Of a stretch of 64,000 nt of DNA, positions 35,790 through 49,693 are shown piece by piece. Below the pieces are notes generated by a model. The model was not told where the DNA came from and made no database searches. It saw only the letters and a list, made by a program, of their open reading frames with translations. Origin of the DNA: Macrostomum lignano (taxonomy: Eukaryota). The stretch spans positions 186,001 to 250,000 of the forward strand of contig NIVC01000025.1 of assembly GCA_002269645.1 (NCBI GenBank), given 5' to 3'. A program made the position numbers and the translations under genes. The number at the start of each line of letters is the position of its first letter. Positions within the stretch are counted from its first letter, which is position 1.

Positions 35790-38700
35790 CTACAGTGAGC
35801 GGCGGCAGTCTTGTTGGCTCTCGTCCAACCCGACTCAGCTCGCGTTTGAGACCGTCGTCTTCCGGCGCCGCCAAGCCGAGCTGTCGCAGCTCCAGATTGG
35901 CTTTGAACTCGGGCTGGCGCAGCTGCCGGTCCCGCTGCAGCAGGTGACGTCGCCAGTTTCTTCGGATCAGCGTCCGGTGACCGATATCGCCGCGTCTGTA
36001 GTCATCGAGCAGCTGCTGGCGCTCTCGCTCGTCTCTGTCAACCACTTCCTCCTCTTCGCGTTCTAGAACGCTTCTGTGTACGGCCATCTTCACTGTAGCC
36101 TTGCCCTGGGTGAGGCGGGTGTGCGGGATGGGAGTGAGGTGGGTGTGTAGGATGGGAGTGAGGTGGGTGTGTAGGATGGGAGTGAGGTGGGTGTGCGGGA
36201 TGGGAGTGAGGTGGGTGTGCGGGATGGGAGTGAGGTGGGTGTGCGGGATGGGAGTGAGGTGGGTGTGCGGGATGGGAGTGAGGTGGGTGTGCTTGATGAA
36301 ATTGGTTTGGGTAAGTCCTTTGCAAGATATGAAGAACGCCTAAACTCACCGAAATCACCAGGAAGATCCAGAAAGACAGCCGGCTGTCCTCAACAATGGT
36401 AACTCCCGGAGAGAAATAGTTGAGCTTCACTTGACGCGGATTGGCCTTGAGAACGGACAAATCAAAGCCCTGAAAAAGCATGTGATTTTTCACGAAACTG
36501 TTGTCGAGGAACTTCACCCCGCCTTGCATAAAGATTTCCAAGTAGTCTTTGTCCTCGAGCATCATCAAGCCGCATTTCTCTCTGGCGATGACTGTGGAAG
36601 CCCGTTTCGCTCCGTCAATGATGGCCAGTTCGCCGAAGGAGTCGCCGCGGTTGAGCACCGCGGCCGCTCTAGCGATCATTTTGTCGCGGTCGATGATGGA
36701 CACCAGGGCTGCAAAATTGGTGTTGGTGGCGGTGAAACTTGGTGGTGACGAATCTAGAAGCTAACTATAGATTCTTCACAACTATAGATTCTTCACAACT
36801 ATAGATTCTTCACAAGCTATAGATTATTCACAAACTATAGAATCTCCACAAAATATAGACTATTCACAAACTATAGAATCTTCACAAACTATAGAATATT
36901 CACAAACTATGGAATCCTCACAAACTATAGAATCTCCACAAATATAGACTATTCACAAACTATAGACAATTCACAAACTATAGACTATTCACAAACTATA
37001 GACTATTCACAGACTATTCACAAGCTATAGACTATTCACAGACTATTCACAAACTATAGACTATTCACAGACTATTCACAAACTATAGACTATTCACAGA
37101 CTATTCACAAACCATAGAATCTTCATAAACTATAGAATCTTCACAAACTATAGAATCTTAACAAAAATTATAGAATCTTCACAAACTATAGAATCTCCAC
37201 AAAATATAGACTATTCACAAACTATAGAATCTTCACAAACTATAGAATATTCACAAACTATGGAATCCTCACAAACTATAGAATCTCCACAAATATAGAC
37301 TATTCACAAACTATAGACAATTCACAAACTATAGACTATTCACAAACTATAGACTATTCACAGACTATTCACAAGCTATAGACTATTCACAGACTATTCA
37401 CAAACTATAGACTATTCACAGACTATTCACAAACTATAGACTATTCACAGACTATTCACAAACTATAGACTATTCACAAACCATAGAATCTTCATAAACT
37501 ATAGAATCTTCACAAACTATAGAATCTTCACAAACTATAGAATCTTAACAAAAATTATAGAATCTTCACAAACTATAGAATCTCCACAAAATATAGACTA
37601 TCCACAAACTAAAGACTATTCGCAGACGATTCACAAACTATAGACTATTCACAGACTATTCACAAACTATAGAATCTTTACAAACTAGAGTACAAACAAA
37701 GTGACCTACCGGACCCGTATATAATGAAGTAATAGTACAACGGATAGTCGCCCTCCCGAACAATCACGGAGTGCCGATCGAACTCTTGAAACCAGGCCTT
37801 CTCGGCAATCTTTCTTAGAATGTTGGGCGGGTACTTGCGGAACGCGTCGTAGCCTCTGAGGCCAACTTCGATCTGCCGTTGTTTTTGGGAAATCATTAAC
37901 CATTGTACTTCCTCCCCAGATTCATCAAACTCCTACACCTCCGATTTCTTACCCCCCCCCCAACTCATATAGCCCTCCGATTCCTTACCCTCGAACTCCA
38001 ACCCCTCCGATTCCTTACCCTCGAACTCCAACCCCTCCGATTCCTTACCCTCAAACTCCTACCCCTCCGATTCCTTACCCTCGAACTCCTACCCCTCTGA
38101 TTCCTTACCCCCAACTCCTACCCCTCTGATTCCTTACCCTCAACTCCTACCCCTCTGATTCCTTACCCCCCAACTCCTACCCCTCCGATTCCTTACCCTC
38201 GAACTCCTACCCCTCTGATTCCTTACCCCCCAACTCCTACCCCTCCGATTCCTTACCCTCGAACTCCTACCCCTCTGATTCCTTACCCTCAACTCCTACC
38301 CCTCTGATTCCTTACCCCCCAACTCCTACCCCTCCGATTCCTTACCCTCGAACTCCTACCCCTCTGATTCCTTACCCCCAACTCCTACCCCTCTGATTCC
38401 TTACCCCCAACTCCTACCCCTCTGATTCCTTACCCTCGAACTCCTACCATCCGATTCCTTACCCTCAATTCATGCCCCTCTGATTCCTTACCCCCAACTT
38501 ATACACCTCCGATTCCTTACCCCCCCCCAACTCCTATCCCTTCGATTCCTTACCCCCAACTCCTACCCCTCTGATCATATTGAAAACCAAACAACGCAAT
38601 AAAAGATGCAGACTTACCGGCCGCACATCCCTCTGAGAGCGTTCGTTCGGATTAACTCGCATAATATTCAGCGTGGTGAGGTTCACTCGAGCCTATTGAT

Positions 38701-41700
38701 TTTTCACCAGAAAAGGAAAGAAAATTTTAATAATACTACTAACAGCAGATGATTATGCTTGTTGCTCTAAATGCATGTTATCATACATAACAGAGAATAT
38801 GTCAGAAACATAATTACAAGAATTTCATATAGAGATGATTCTAAGAATTCTATATAAGGAATTTTAAGAAACGTAGAATGGAATGAATGATATAGAAGCA
38901 GATAAGTATACAAAGTATAGGACCTCGGTTTTTTCTCACCCCTCCAAGATCCCCGAAATCGAACCCACCGCACGCTGAGGTCATCGAGCTAAAAGCTTCT
39001 CCCTTAGCAACTAGACTGGGCTTCCGCTAACCGCCTGCTATCAACTCAAACAGAGATTCGAGTTGTTTTACTTTCAAACTCTTAAGCCACCTCGAGCTCC
39101 TGCTCGGCACCTGAGACAGTGCAAAAGGCATCTACGATCTTGTCTTCTGTGAGTTCTCTTTGTCGTTTCTTAGAAAATCGCGAGGACAAGAAAATTCTAC
39201 TCGGAAATAAAAAAATCGCTTGGATCAGTCAGTCAGCCAACAGGGCTTGGGACTTTTATCCTTATCTTCCCGTTTTTTCCCCATTGCTCGCTTTCACGAC
39301 GGCCAGATCTCAATTTACAGGGGGAAAAGAGATTGGAACTGGCTGCATAGGACTCATTTCCCGCGAGTGATTGATCGATTGCTCCACACTGACAGCTTCT
39401 CTGCTTCTTTCAGAGGCTTAAGACAGGCCTCCACAGGTCTATATTGGTGACGAAGGAGCAGGTGAATTTTCTTTAATATTCACAACTGAAGACTGCGAGT
39501 CTGGGCAACTGTTTAAATCGCACTGACTTCATGTTTTATTTTGGTTTAAGCTTAGCAACTTTACTTTGTTTCAAGATCCGTATTTCGTTTGTATAGCGAG
39601 ATAGGAAAGCGCACCCAGTTTTGTCCTTCCGTGGGTATTCACCGCTCCCACTCACCTGTCTATGAGCGGGTATTCACCGCTTCACTCACCTGTCTATGAG
39701 CGGGTATTCACCGTTCTCACTCACCTGTCTATGAGCGGGTATTCACCGCTTCACTCACCTGTCTATGAGCGGGTATTCACCGCTCTCACTCACCTGTCTA
39801 TGAGCGGGTATTCACCGCTTCACTCACCTGTCTATGAGCGGGTATTCACCGTTCTCACTCACCTGTCTATGAGCGGGTATTCACCGTTCTCACTCACCTG
39901 TCTATGAGCAGGTATTCACCGCTCTCACTCACCTGTCTATGAGCGGGTATTCACCGTTCTCACTCACCTGTCTATGAGCGGGTATTCACCGCTCTCACTC
40001 ACCTGCCTATGAGCGGGTATTCACCGCTCTCACTCACCTGCCTATGAGCGGGTATTCACCGCTCTCACTCACCTGCCTATGAGCGGGTATTCACCGCTCT
40101 CACTCACCTGCCTATGAGCGGGTATTCACCGCTCTCACTCACCTGCCTATGAGCGGGTATTCACCGCTATCCTCCGGTGTCCTCAATTTTTGTTAAAAAG
40201 TGATTTCAAAAATCTTTCAAAATCCAACGGCAGTCAGAGCACATTTTCTCCAAGTTCTCACCTGCTTGTTTGGCTTAAAACTGTGCACCGAAAACAGCAG
40301 CTCCTCAAAGTTTGACTCCTCGATGACGTCCATCAGCAGGTCTGAGTCTGAGAAGAAGCGAAGAATCTCGCGAACTCTGCAGAGATGGTCGCAAGGGGTT
40401 GGAAAACCTGAAGCACCAGTCACGGGTCTGGGGTCCAAACACCTCCTCAGGGTTCTCGAACCCCTGATGCACACTAAAGGAGGCAGTCCCACACCCTGAA
40501 GCATCACTGAGTAAGGCAGTCCCACACCCTGAAGCATCACTGAGTAAGGCAGTCCCACACCCTGAAGCATCACTGAGTAAGGCAGTCCCACACCCTGAAG
40601 CATCACTGAGTAAGGCAGTCCCACACCCTGAAGCATCACTGAGTAAGGCAGTCCCACACCCTGAAGCATCACTGAGTAAGGCAGTCCCACACCCTGAAGC
40701 ATCACTGAGTAAGGCAGTCCCACACCCTGAAGCATCACTGAGTAAGGCAGTCCCACACCCTGAAGCATCACTGAGTAAGGCAGTCCCACACCCTGAAGCA
40801 TCACTGAGTAAGGCAGTCCCACACCCTGAAGCAATGCTGGCAACTCACTGAGAAGAGTGAAAATGATAGAGTCGCAACCAGATAATGATTGAATGAGCGA
40901 TTCGCTTCCATTTCTGCATCGCTGGCATCTGCGGATTGGCAGTTCGTGATAAATAATTCAATAGAATACTTAAGAACAGTTTGAGAACAATTTGAGAATA
41001 GTTTGAGAAAATTTTGAGAATAGTTTGAGAATAGTTTTAGAATATTTTGACAACTACTTTGAGAAAACTTTGAGAAAATATTTTGAGAACAGTTCAAGAA
41101 CATTTTCAGAACAGTTTGAGAACAGTTTGGGAATAGTTTGAGAACAGTTTGGGAATAGTTTGAGAATAGTTTTAGAATAGTTTTAAACAGTTTGAGAACA
41201 GATTGAGAACAGTTTGAGAACAGTTTGAGAACAGTTTGAGAACAGTTTGAGAACAGATTGAGACCAGTTTGAGAACAGTTTGAGACCAGTTTGAGAACAG
41301 TTTGAGAACAGATTGAGAACAGTTTGAGAACAGTTTGAGAACAGTTTGAGAACAGATTGAGACCAGATTGAGACCAGTTTGAGAACAGTTTGAGAACAGT
41401 TTGAGAACAGATTGAGAACAGATTGAGAACAGTTTGAGAACAGTTTGAGAACAGTTTGAGAACGGATTGAGAACAGTTTGAGAACAGTTTGAGAACAGTT
41501 TGAGAACAGATTGAGAACAGTTTGAGAACAATTTGAGAACAGTTTGAGAACAGATTGAGACCAGTTTGAGAACAGTTTGAGAACAGTTTGAGAACAAAGA
41601 AGAAAGTGAAACGAGTCAAGTCACCCGATATCGAAATCCTGGCAGGCGTCGATAAACTCGCAGCTGAGGCGGCGTTCTTATTGGTGGAAATTCCTCGTCT

Positions 41701-43485
41701 AACGACTCCCTGTCGGAGTCCTTGTTGTCCAGTCCGCCTTGCTGAGTCTGCGATGCTCTCCCTTCTGCCTCCTCTTCCCGATCTTCATCCGAAATCTGGC
41801 TACTTTCTTCTGAAGCTTTAGTCGATTCTCTTTCAGATTTACTACCGGTGTTTCCTGTGGGATTCTCCGTGGGATTCTCCGTGGGATTCTCCGTGGGATT
41901 CTCCGTGGGATTCTCCGTGGGATTCTCCGTGGTATTCTCCGTGGTATTCTCCGTGGGATTCTCCGTGGGATTCTCCGTGGGATTCTCCGTGGGATTCTCC
42001 GTGGGATTCTCCGTGGTATTCTCCGTGGTATTCTCCGTGGGATTCTCCGTGGGATTCTCCGTGGGATTCTCCGTGGGATTCTCCGTGGGATTCTCCGTGG
42101 GATTCTCCGTGGGATTCTCCGTAGGATTCTCCGTAGGATTCTCCGTGGGATTCTCCGTGGGATTCTCCGTGGGATTTTCCGCCGGATTCTCGGCAGGATT
42201 CTCCGTGGGATTCTCCCCCTCTCGATTATTCTGCATCTGATCTCTTGCAACTTGTTCTGTCGACGCAGTAGGCTGTGCTGGATTGAGCAGTTGAGACTGT
42301 AACAAATTTGATGTACGAATCTATTTCTTATGATAGTAAGTTACCTTACTAGCGAAGTATGGAATTCGACAAATATTCAGTCTCATATGCTTCAGATTCA
42401 TTCAGTTTTTAAGGGTCATTTTGCAACAGATGCTCGCATAGGTTTAAATCACAGTTCTAATTCTACAGAGGGTAGATCTGAGTGCTCATGTAGGGTAGAT
42501 CTGAGTACTCATGGAGGGTAGATCTGAGTGCTCATGGAGGGTAGATCTGAGTACTCATGGAGGGTAGATCTGAGTGCTCATGGTGGGTAGATCTGAGTGC
42601 TCATGCAGGGTAGATCTGAGTGCTCATGGAGGGTAGATCTAAGTACTCATAAAGGATCGATCTGAATGCTCATGAAGGGTAGATATGAGTACTCATGGAG
42701 GGTAGATCTGAGTGCTCATAAAGGATCGATTTGAATGCTCATGAAGGTTAAGGCTGAGTACTCATAAAGGATCGATCTGAGTGCTCATGGAGGGTAGATC
42801 TGAGTACTCATGAAGGGTAGATCTGAGTGCTCATGCAGGGTAGATCTGAGTGCTCATGGAGGGTAGATCTAAGTACTCATAAAGGATCGATCTGAATGCT
42901 CATGAAGGGTAGATATGAGTACTCATGGAGGGTAGATCTGAGTGCTCATAAAGGATCGATTTGAATGCTCATGAAGGTTAAGGCTGAGTACTCATTAAGG
43001 ATCGATCTGAGTGCTCATGGAGGGTAGATCTGAGTACTCATGAAGGGTAGATCTGAATGCTCATGAAGGGTAGATCTGAGTACTCATGGAGGGTAGATCT
43101 GAGTGCTCATAAAGGATCGATCTGAATGCTCATGAAGGGTAGAAATGAGTACTCATGGAGGGTAGATCTGAGTGCTCATAAAGGATCGATTTGAATGCTC
43201 ATGAAGGTTAAGGCTGAGTACTCATAAAGGATCGATCTGAGTGCTCATGGAGGGTAGATCTGAGTACTCATGAAGGGTAGATCTGAATGCTCATGAAGGG
43301 TAGATCTGAGTACTCATGGAGGGTAGATCTGAGTGCTCATAAAGGATCGATCTGAATGCTCATGAAGGGTAGATCTGAGTACTCATGGAGGGTAGATCTG
43401 AGTGCTCATAAAGGATCGAACTGAATGCTCATGAAGGGTAGATATTAATGCCTAAAAAGGTTAGAAATCAACCATCACTTACCAT
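35790..43485 (-). CDS. Cyclic-nucleotide-binding-domain protein (two cNMP domains, CNBD1/2-like), 3' end unresolved
   Basis: complement join(43483..43485,41625..42296,40849..40928,40262..40463,38618..38692,37710..37872,36350..36708,35790..36105), all GT-AG with matching phases. Motifs IVREGDYPLYYYFIIYGS, GDSFGELAII...RASTV, second domain YFSPGVTIVEDS...FLVISGKATV. Confidence 0.8.
36112..36290. repeat. 24-bp intronic minisatellite
   Basis: GGGTGTGCGGGATGGGAGTGAGGT units. Confidence 0.92.
36764..37685. repeat. ~18-bp intronic minisatellite with higher-order repeat
   Basis: ACTATAGATTCTTCACAA variants, with a ~360-bp block duplicated. Confidence 0.92.
37905..38575. repeat. ~30-bp intronic minisatellite
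   Basis: CCTACCCCTCCGATTCCTTACCCTCGAACT units. Confidence 0.92.
38930..39025 (-). other. tRNA-derived SINE-like fragment
   Basis: Minus strand AGTCTAGTTGCTAAGG (A-box-like) and GGGTTCGATTTC (B-box-like) at tRNA spacing. No clean cloverleaf. Confidence 0.4.
39632..40170. repeat. 34/35-bp intronic minisatellite
   Basis: GCGGGTATTCACCGCTCTCACTCACCTGTCTATGA units. Confidence 0.93.
40484..40832. repeat. 33-bp intronic minisatellite (about 10-11 units)
   Basis: AGGCAGTCCCACACCCTGAAGCATCACTGAGTA fills almost the whole intron 40464-40848. Confidence 0.95.
40972..41596. repeat. 11-bp intronic minisatellite
   Basis: TTGAGAACAGT units. Confidence 0.93.
41858..42212 (-). repeat. 12-bp tandem repeat inside a predicted exon, encoding (ENPT)n
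   Basis: GGATTCTCCGTG units, in frame within exon 41625-42296. Confidence 0.85.
42468..43445. repeat. 23-bp intronic minisatellite
   Basis: GAGGGTAGATCTGAGTGCTCATG variants. Confidence 0.93.
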
Positions 43486-44095
43486 GCTTGTCTCAAGTCA
43501 TAAACTGTACTCGTACTCGTATAACACTTTAGCACTTTATTTTTAATCTGCCTGTATAAAACTGATGCTTCAACAGATGTAGATTCAAACGATGAAAATT
43601 TGTTTTGTAAGCAGATTTTTTATATTATTGTAAACAGGGCTCAGACTCATGAGGGAGGGGGTAGACTTGCTCTGAGCACTTCTATAGCCCTACCTAGTCT
43701 ACTGCTTGAGTAAGGTTCGCTAACTCTGATGAAGATGAAGACAGCTTTTCTACTTAGTTACTATCTTCTCTTAGTCTTGAATATGCGACAGCACTACTAC
43801 AGCACTACCGACTGTCTCTTCTTTTGCGTTGGAAGTTGCAGATTAATAGAGGCTCAGGTGCAAGCTCAGGCGGTGGGGGTTCGCCAACTCAAGACTCTGC
43901 CCCCCCCCCCCCCCGGAGCGCACACACTTCCGACTGACTAGGGAGGGGGGATGGAGAGTGAGACAATGGCCCAGTCTCACAAGTTTCCTAGCTGTCACTG
44001 CGAGAGTGAGGGCTGGCAATTTGACGAAAAAAAACTAATTTTGATAAAAAAGCTACCATAGTCCCAGTTTTATGAAGTTTGAGACTTAATTAGCC

Positions 44096-44723
44096 TGTCA
44101 GTCAGTCAGTCAGTCAGTCAGTCAGTCAGTCAGTCAGTCAGTCAGTCAGTCAGTCAGTCAGTCAGTCAGTCAGTCAGTCAGTCAGTCAGTCAGTCAGTCA
44201 GTCAGTCAGTCAGTCAGTCAGTCAGTCAGTCAGTCAGTCAGTCAGTCAGTCAGTCAGTCAGTCAGTCAGTCAGTCAGTCAGTCAGTCAGTCAGTCAGTCA
44301 GTCAGTCAGTCAGTCAGTCAGTCAGTCAGTCAGTCAGTCAGTCAGTCAGTCAGTCAGTCAGTCAGTCAGTCAGTCAGTCAGTCAGTCAGTCAGTCAGTCA
44401 GTCAGTCAGTCAGTCAGTCAGTCAGTCAGTCAGTCAGTCAGTCAGTCAGTCAGTCAGTCAGTCAGTCAGTCAGTCAGTCAGTCAGTCAGTCAGTCAGTCA
44501 GTCAGTCAGTCAGTCAGTCAGTCAGTCAGTCAGTCAGTCAGTCAGTCAGTCAGTCAGTCAGTCAGTCAGTCAGTCAGTCAGTCAGTCAGTCAGTCAGTCA
44601 GTCAGTCAGTCAGTCAGTCAGTCAGTCAGTCAGTCAGTCAGTCAGTCAGTCAGTCAGTCAGTCAGTCAGTCAGTCAGTCAGTCAGTCAGTCAGTCAGTCA
44701 GTCAGTCAGTCAGTCAGTCAGTC
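44096..44723. repeat. (CAGT)n perfect microsatellite, about 630 bp
   Basis: Direct reading. Confidence 0.97.
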
Positions 44724-45234
44724 ACACAGATAAACCCTCAGTGGTATCAGTTAGCCGAACTGCCGAGTATTGGAATGCAAAGAATTCATTACGGCGCTGT
44801 TGCTGGGCGGGCGACGTCCCTCATTCCCCATTGATTGCATCCTGGAGCCGCATTCCCCTATCTGTTAAGGGAGCGGCTCAAACGCGTGGACAGAATTATC
44901 TCCAGTGAGATCTGGCATCGGCAGGAATAACGGGGAGGGGCCGTGGCTCGATCTCCAAGCTTGATTGAGGAAGCGAAACAGACGGTAATTCTTGTTTATC
45001 AGCTCCCCGCGTTGCCGGGAATTGCGTTTTTGGACTCTTTCTCGATGTAAGGATGAAGAAATTCTCCAAAACTGCTGTTTGTTGTCGGTCTGCATGCTTG
45101 CCAACTATTCTGACTCAGTTAATCTTGCATGAATAGTGTGCTCTGGTCCTCGAATGTACTGAAAGAGTGCGATTATGTGTACGCAGTGTCCACCCGTCTG
45201 TGCTCATCTTGTGTTCATAATGGTCATAATGTCC

Positions 45235-45745
45235 ACTGCTACTCGTATTATGTTCATATTGTCCAATTTCACTCATTTTATGTTCATATTGTCCACTTTC
45301 ACTCATTTTATGTTCATATTGTCCAATTTCACTCATTTAATGGTCATATTGTCCAATTTCACTCATTTAATGTTCATATTGTCCACTTTCACTCATTTAA
45401 TGGTCATATTGTTTAATTTCACTCATTTAATGTTCATATTGTCCAATTTCACTCATTTAATGGTCATATTGTCCAATTTCACTCATTTTATGTTCATATT
45501 GTCCAATTTCACTCATTTAATGGTCATATTGTCCAATTTCACTCATTTTATGTTCATATTGTCCAATTTCACTCATTTAATGGTCATAATGTCCAATTTC
45601 ACTCATTTAATGGTCATATTGTCCAATTTCACTCATTTAATGTTCATATTGTCCAATTTCACTCATTTTATGTTCATATTGTCCAATTTCACTCATTTTA
45701 TGTTCATATTGTCCAATTTCACTCATTTTATGTTCATAATGTTTT
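45235..45745. repeat. 30-bp minisatellite
   Basis: TCATATTGTCCAATTTCACTCATTTAATGG units. Confidence 0.92.
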
Positions 45746-46659
45746 CCTCTACCGTTTTTTTGTTTATAATGTCCACTTTCGTTTATTTTTTGTTAAAAAT
45801 GTTCACCTGAACTAGTTTTATGCTTATAGCGAGTTTCACTTTCACTCATTTTAGATTCGTGATTTCTGTCACTACTCATTATTCGAATATTATTGTCTGT
45901 ACTCCTATTGTATCCATAAGTGTCCATCTTTATATTCTATGTCAGCATCTAATAAACTTGTGTCAACAATGTCCTATTCTAATCATTGTGTCCACATCTC
46001 TTTGACTGAGTTATAAATCTCCCAGCTCAATAGCATCTCCATCGCTCCTCTTCATCCATCATCTCCACATTATTAATTATTGAAGCAATTCTGTCTGTCT
46101 TCTAATCTATCAACTAATCAGCCCCATCATCTCCAGAATCTAAGTTCATCATTGTCCTGTAAGATTCTTTAATAAGAAAAATTGCCTCTCTGTCTATCTG
46201 GCCCCATCATTAAACATTGAATATGCCAGAGCTATATGCATGCACTGTCATTAAACAGCATTGCATGAGAGGATATTTAGACAGATCAGGTGCGTCTCTG
46301 AGAGCTCAGGTGTCCAGCATCTCGGAATTCCAGCAATGTTGCGGCCCCATCGGTCGGTCATTTATTATGCGCAATGCAAAGAAGAAGACAAAAAACGACT
46401 GAAGAATATTCAGAATTTCACTTTCATCAAAAAAGACCCGATCGTCTGTTGAGCAGAGGGGTCCTCAGGACTTCTTAATATTGGAATTCTCAGGCTCGCA
46501 TTTTCAGCTAAGGCCAATTATGCTTTGCTAACAATTGGTAAAATCTTAATTATGGTATTATGAAAATGAGCTGGTTAAAATGTCGGTGGAAATATTCGAA
46601 CAGATTTAGGGACTTTTTGCCAATTAGCAAAAAGAGTAGCGGTGTAGTTTTGGTGCTAT

Positions 46660-47668
46660 TGACAGCCTAGATTTGGCGCTTTTGACAGCCTAGATTCGGC
46701 GCTGTTGACAGCCTAGATTTGGCGCTGTTGACAGCCTAGATTTGGTGTTATTGACAGTCTAGATTTGGCGCTATTGACAGCCTAGATTTGGTGTTATTGA
46801 CAGCCTAGATTTGGTGCTCTTCACAGTCTAGATTTGGTGCTATTCACAGCCTAGATTTAGTGCTATTCACAGCCTAGATTTGGTGCTATTCACAGCCTAG
46901 ATTTAGTGCTATTCACAGCCTAGATTTGGTGCTATTCACAGCCTAGATTTGGTGCTATTCACAGCCTAGATTTGGTGCTCTTCACAGCCTAGATTTGGTG
47001 CTCTTCACAGTCTAGATTTGGTGCTCTTCACAGTCTAGATTTGGTGCTATTGACAGTCTAGATTTGGTGCTATTCACAGTCTAGATTTGGTGCTATTCAC
47101 AGTCTAGATTTGGTGCTATTCACAGTCTAGATTTGGTGCTATTCACAGCCTAGATTTGGTGCTATTCACAGCCTAGATTTGGTGCTATTCACAGCCTAGA
47201 TTTGGTGCTATTCACAGCCTAGATTTGGTGTTCTTCACAGCCTAGATTTGGTGCTATTGACAGTCTAGATTTGGTGCTATTCACAGTCTAGATTTGGTGC
47301 TATTCACAGTCTAGATTTGGTGCTATTCACAGTCTAGATTTGGTGCTATTCACAGTCTAGATTTGGTGCTATTCACAGTCTAGATTTGGTGCTATTCACA
47401 GCCTAGATTTGGTGCTATTCACAGCCTAGATTTGGTGCTATTCACAGCCTAGATTTGGTGCTATTCACAGCCTAGATTTGGTGCTATTCACAGCCTAGAT
47501 TTGGTGCTATTCACAGCCTAGATTTGGTGCTATTCACAGCCTAGATTTGGTGCTATTCACAGCCTAGATTTGGTGCTATTCACAGCCTAGATTTGGTGCT
47601 ATTCACAGCCTAGATTTGGTGCTATTCACAGCCTAGATTTGGTGCTCTTCACAGCCTAGATTTGGCGC
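46660..47668. repeat. 23-bp minisatellite
   Basis: CTATTCACAGCCTAGATTTGGTG units. Confidence 0.95.
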
Positions 47669-49075
47669 CATGGACAGCCTACTCAAAGTTTTGACGCAGC
47701 TGAAAATATTCATCACCATCCATGGACGCTGTTTTATGAAACCTGGAATGGAGGTCATCATCAATCCTTGCTCATCTGGCGTCCTGTTGTCCAACTCTTC
47801 GATAATATTTTGGCCAATGATTCGAAACTTAAGAGGAAAATATCCCAACAAGAGTGCGCGCGGACGTAGCTCGCAAAATCCCTATACTAGCTTAGCTGGT
47901 GCGTTACCAACCAACCCACCAATAAAACGATAATAAAATTGAGCGAAACTGGAAGGTGAACTCAACCATAAGTCTATCGGCCGCCAGCTTCCTGTGTTTA
48001 ATTATCCACAACCCCATCGTGGTGGCCCAAGCAAATTTTTGTTAGGCAAAGTGAAGGGGGCCCACAATGAAGGAGACTTCTTCAGAAAATTAATTCAACC
48101 CCATCCGTCAAGTGCGGGCTGGGGGGGGGCAGGACCAGGGAGTTCTAAGCCCCAAGTGTCTGGATTGTAAACTTTTTCTTTGATTAATGGATTTCTAAGC
48201 TAAAACATCTGGACTGAAACTTTCAGATTTTCTTCAATGCACGGGCCTCTAGTAGATATCTGGACTGGAAATGGATTTATCTTTTCATTCATGGATCTTT
48301 AGTAGACACTTGGACTGGAAATTGATTAATTTTATTCTTTTACAGATCCTGTTGACTAGGAATGGATTCTTCTTGTTCATTCATGGATCTCCAGTAGACA
48401 TCTGGACTAGGAATAGATGAATTTTATTCATGGATCCCTAGTAAGCACTTGGAATGGAAAGGGATGCTTCTTATTCATGGATCTCTAGTAGACATGTGCA
48501 ATCAGTTTCCAATCCAACTAAGCCCAGCTTAGTACTCCTTGACTGGCGTGACTCAGCTCAGTCCAGATGCTTCAACTTCGTTCAGGATTTCAGGTACGCT
48601 GGACTTGGCCTCTTGACTGCGATAATATTTGCTCGATTTATCCACGCTTCGGGGCCACCGCGAGTGGCTGAAGCCAAAGCTTCCGAAGCATGCGGGTTCC
48701 GGATCGATTCTTGTGCGCAATAAAAACTGATTAACTCACTCCCGGCTGCATAATTAAAACAAGATTTATAGAAAATTTCTTTCTCTGAGGTTTTCACCTT
48801 AATTGGGTTATGACTCCCAGTCCAGAGGCTAATCGAAGTCCTTGCGCGTATTAAAGTTATTCCCCAAATTAGATAAACTGAGTGCGAATTTTATGGGTGA
48901 ATTTCAATGTATGAGTCTGATCTGATCAATGTATGATCTGAAGTTTCAGAATTGAGTGTCAATATTTCCTAGCTAAAATAATTTACCTCATTTATTGTCT
49001 GCCACTGTTTCCTAATGTCTCAGTGTCTCAGTGTCTTTTGTCTCAGTATCTTAATGGCTTTGTGTCTCTACGATC

Positions 49076-49227
<152 letters not shown>

Positions 49228-49693
49228 CCGGAGCTCGGTCACCCCAGAGCCGCACTCTTCACTCACGCTCCGATGGCAGCGGACCTCTGCCCCCCTCCCC
49301 TGTCCAATCTGTGGTTTATCAGTCACGCCCAGCAATCTGCACTTTCAGAATTGTCACCTCTAGCCCCTACCGAGATTCACTGACTCGAACTTCGAATACG
49401 ATCTAGTCTGCCTGCACTTTTATACGAGAATCCATCTCGAATTGACGATCTTCCTAAGAGCTAATTGTGCTCGACTAGCAACCTTCTATGTTTCTTGTTG
49501 CCCGTCTCTCTCTCGTTGAGTCTCATCTTCGCAAAAAAATCAATCAGAGAAGCGGAGAGGGGGGGGGGGTAAATCAGATTAGCGAGACTCGAAACAAGTT
49601 TCCAATCAGATTTTCAATCCAGTTTAAAAGCCGTAGTGAAGGAAGGGCGGGGCTGCCTGAGTCCATTTTGATTAGAGACAATGAGCTTGCTTG

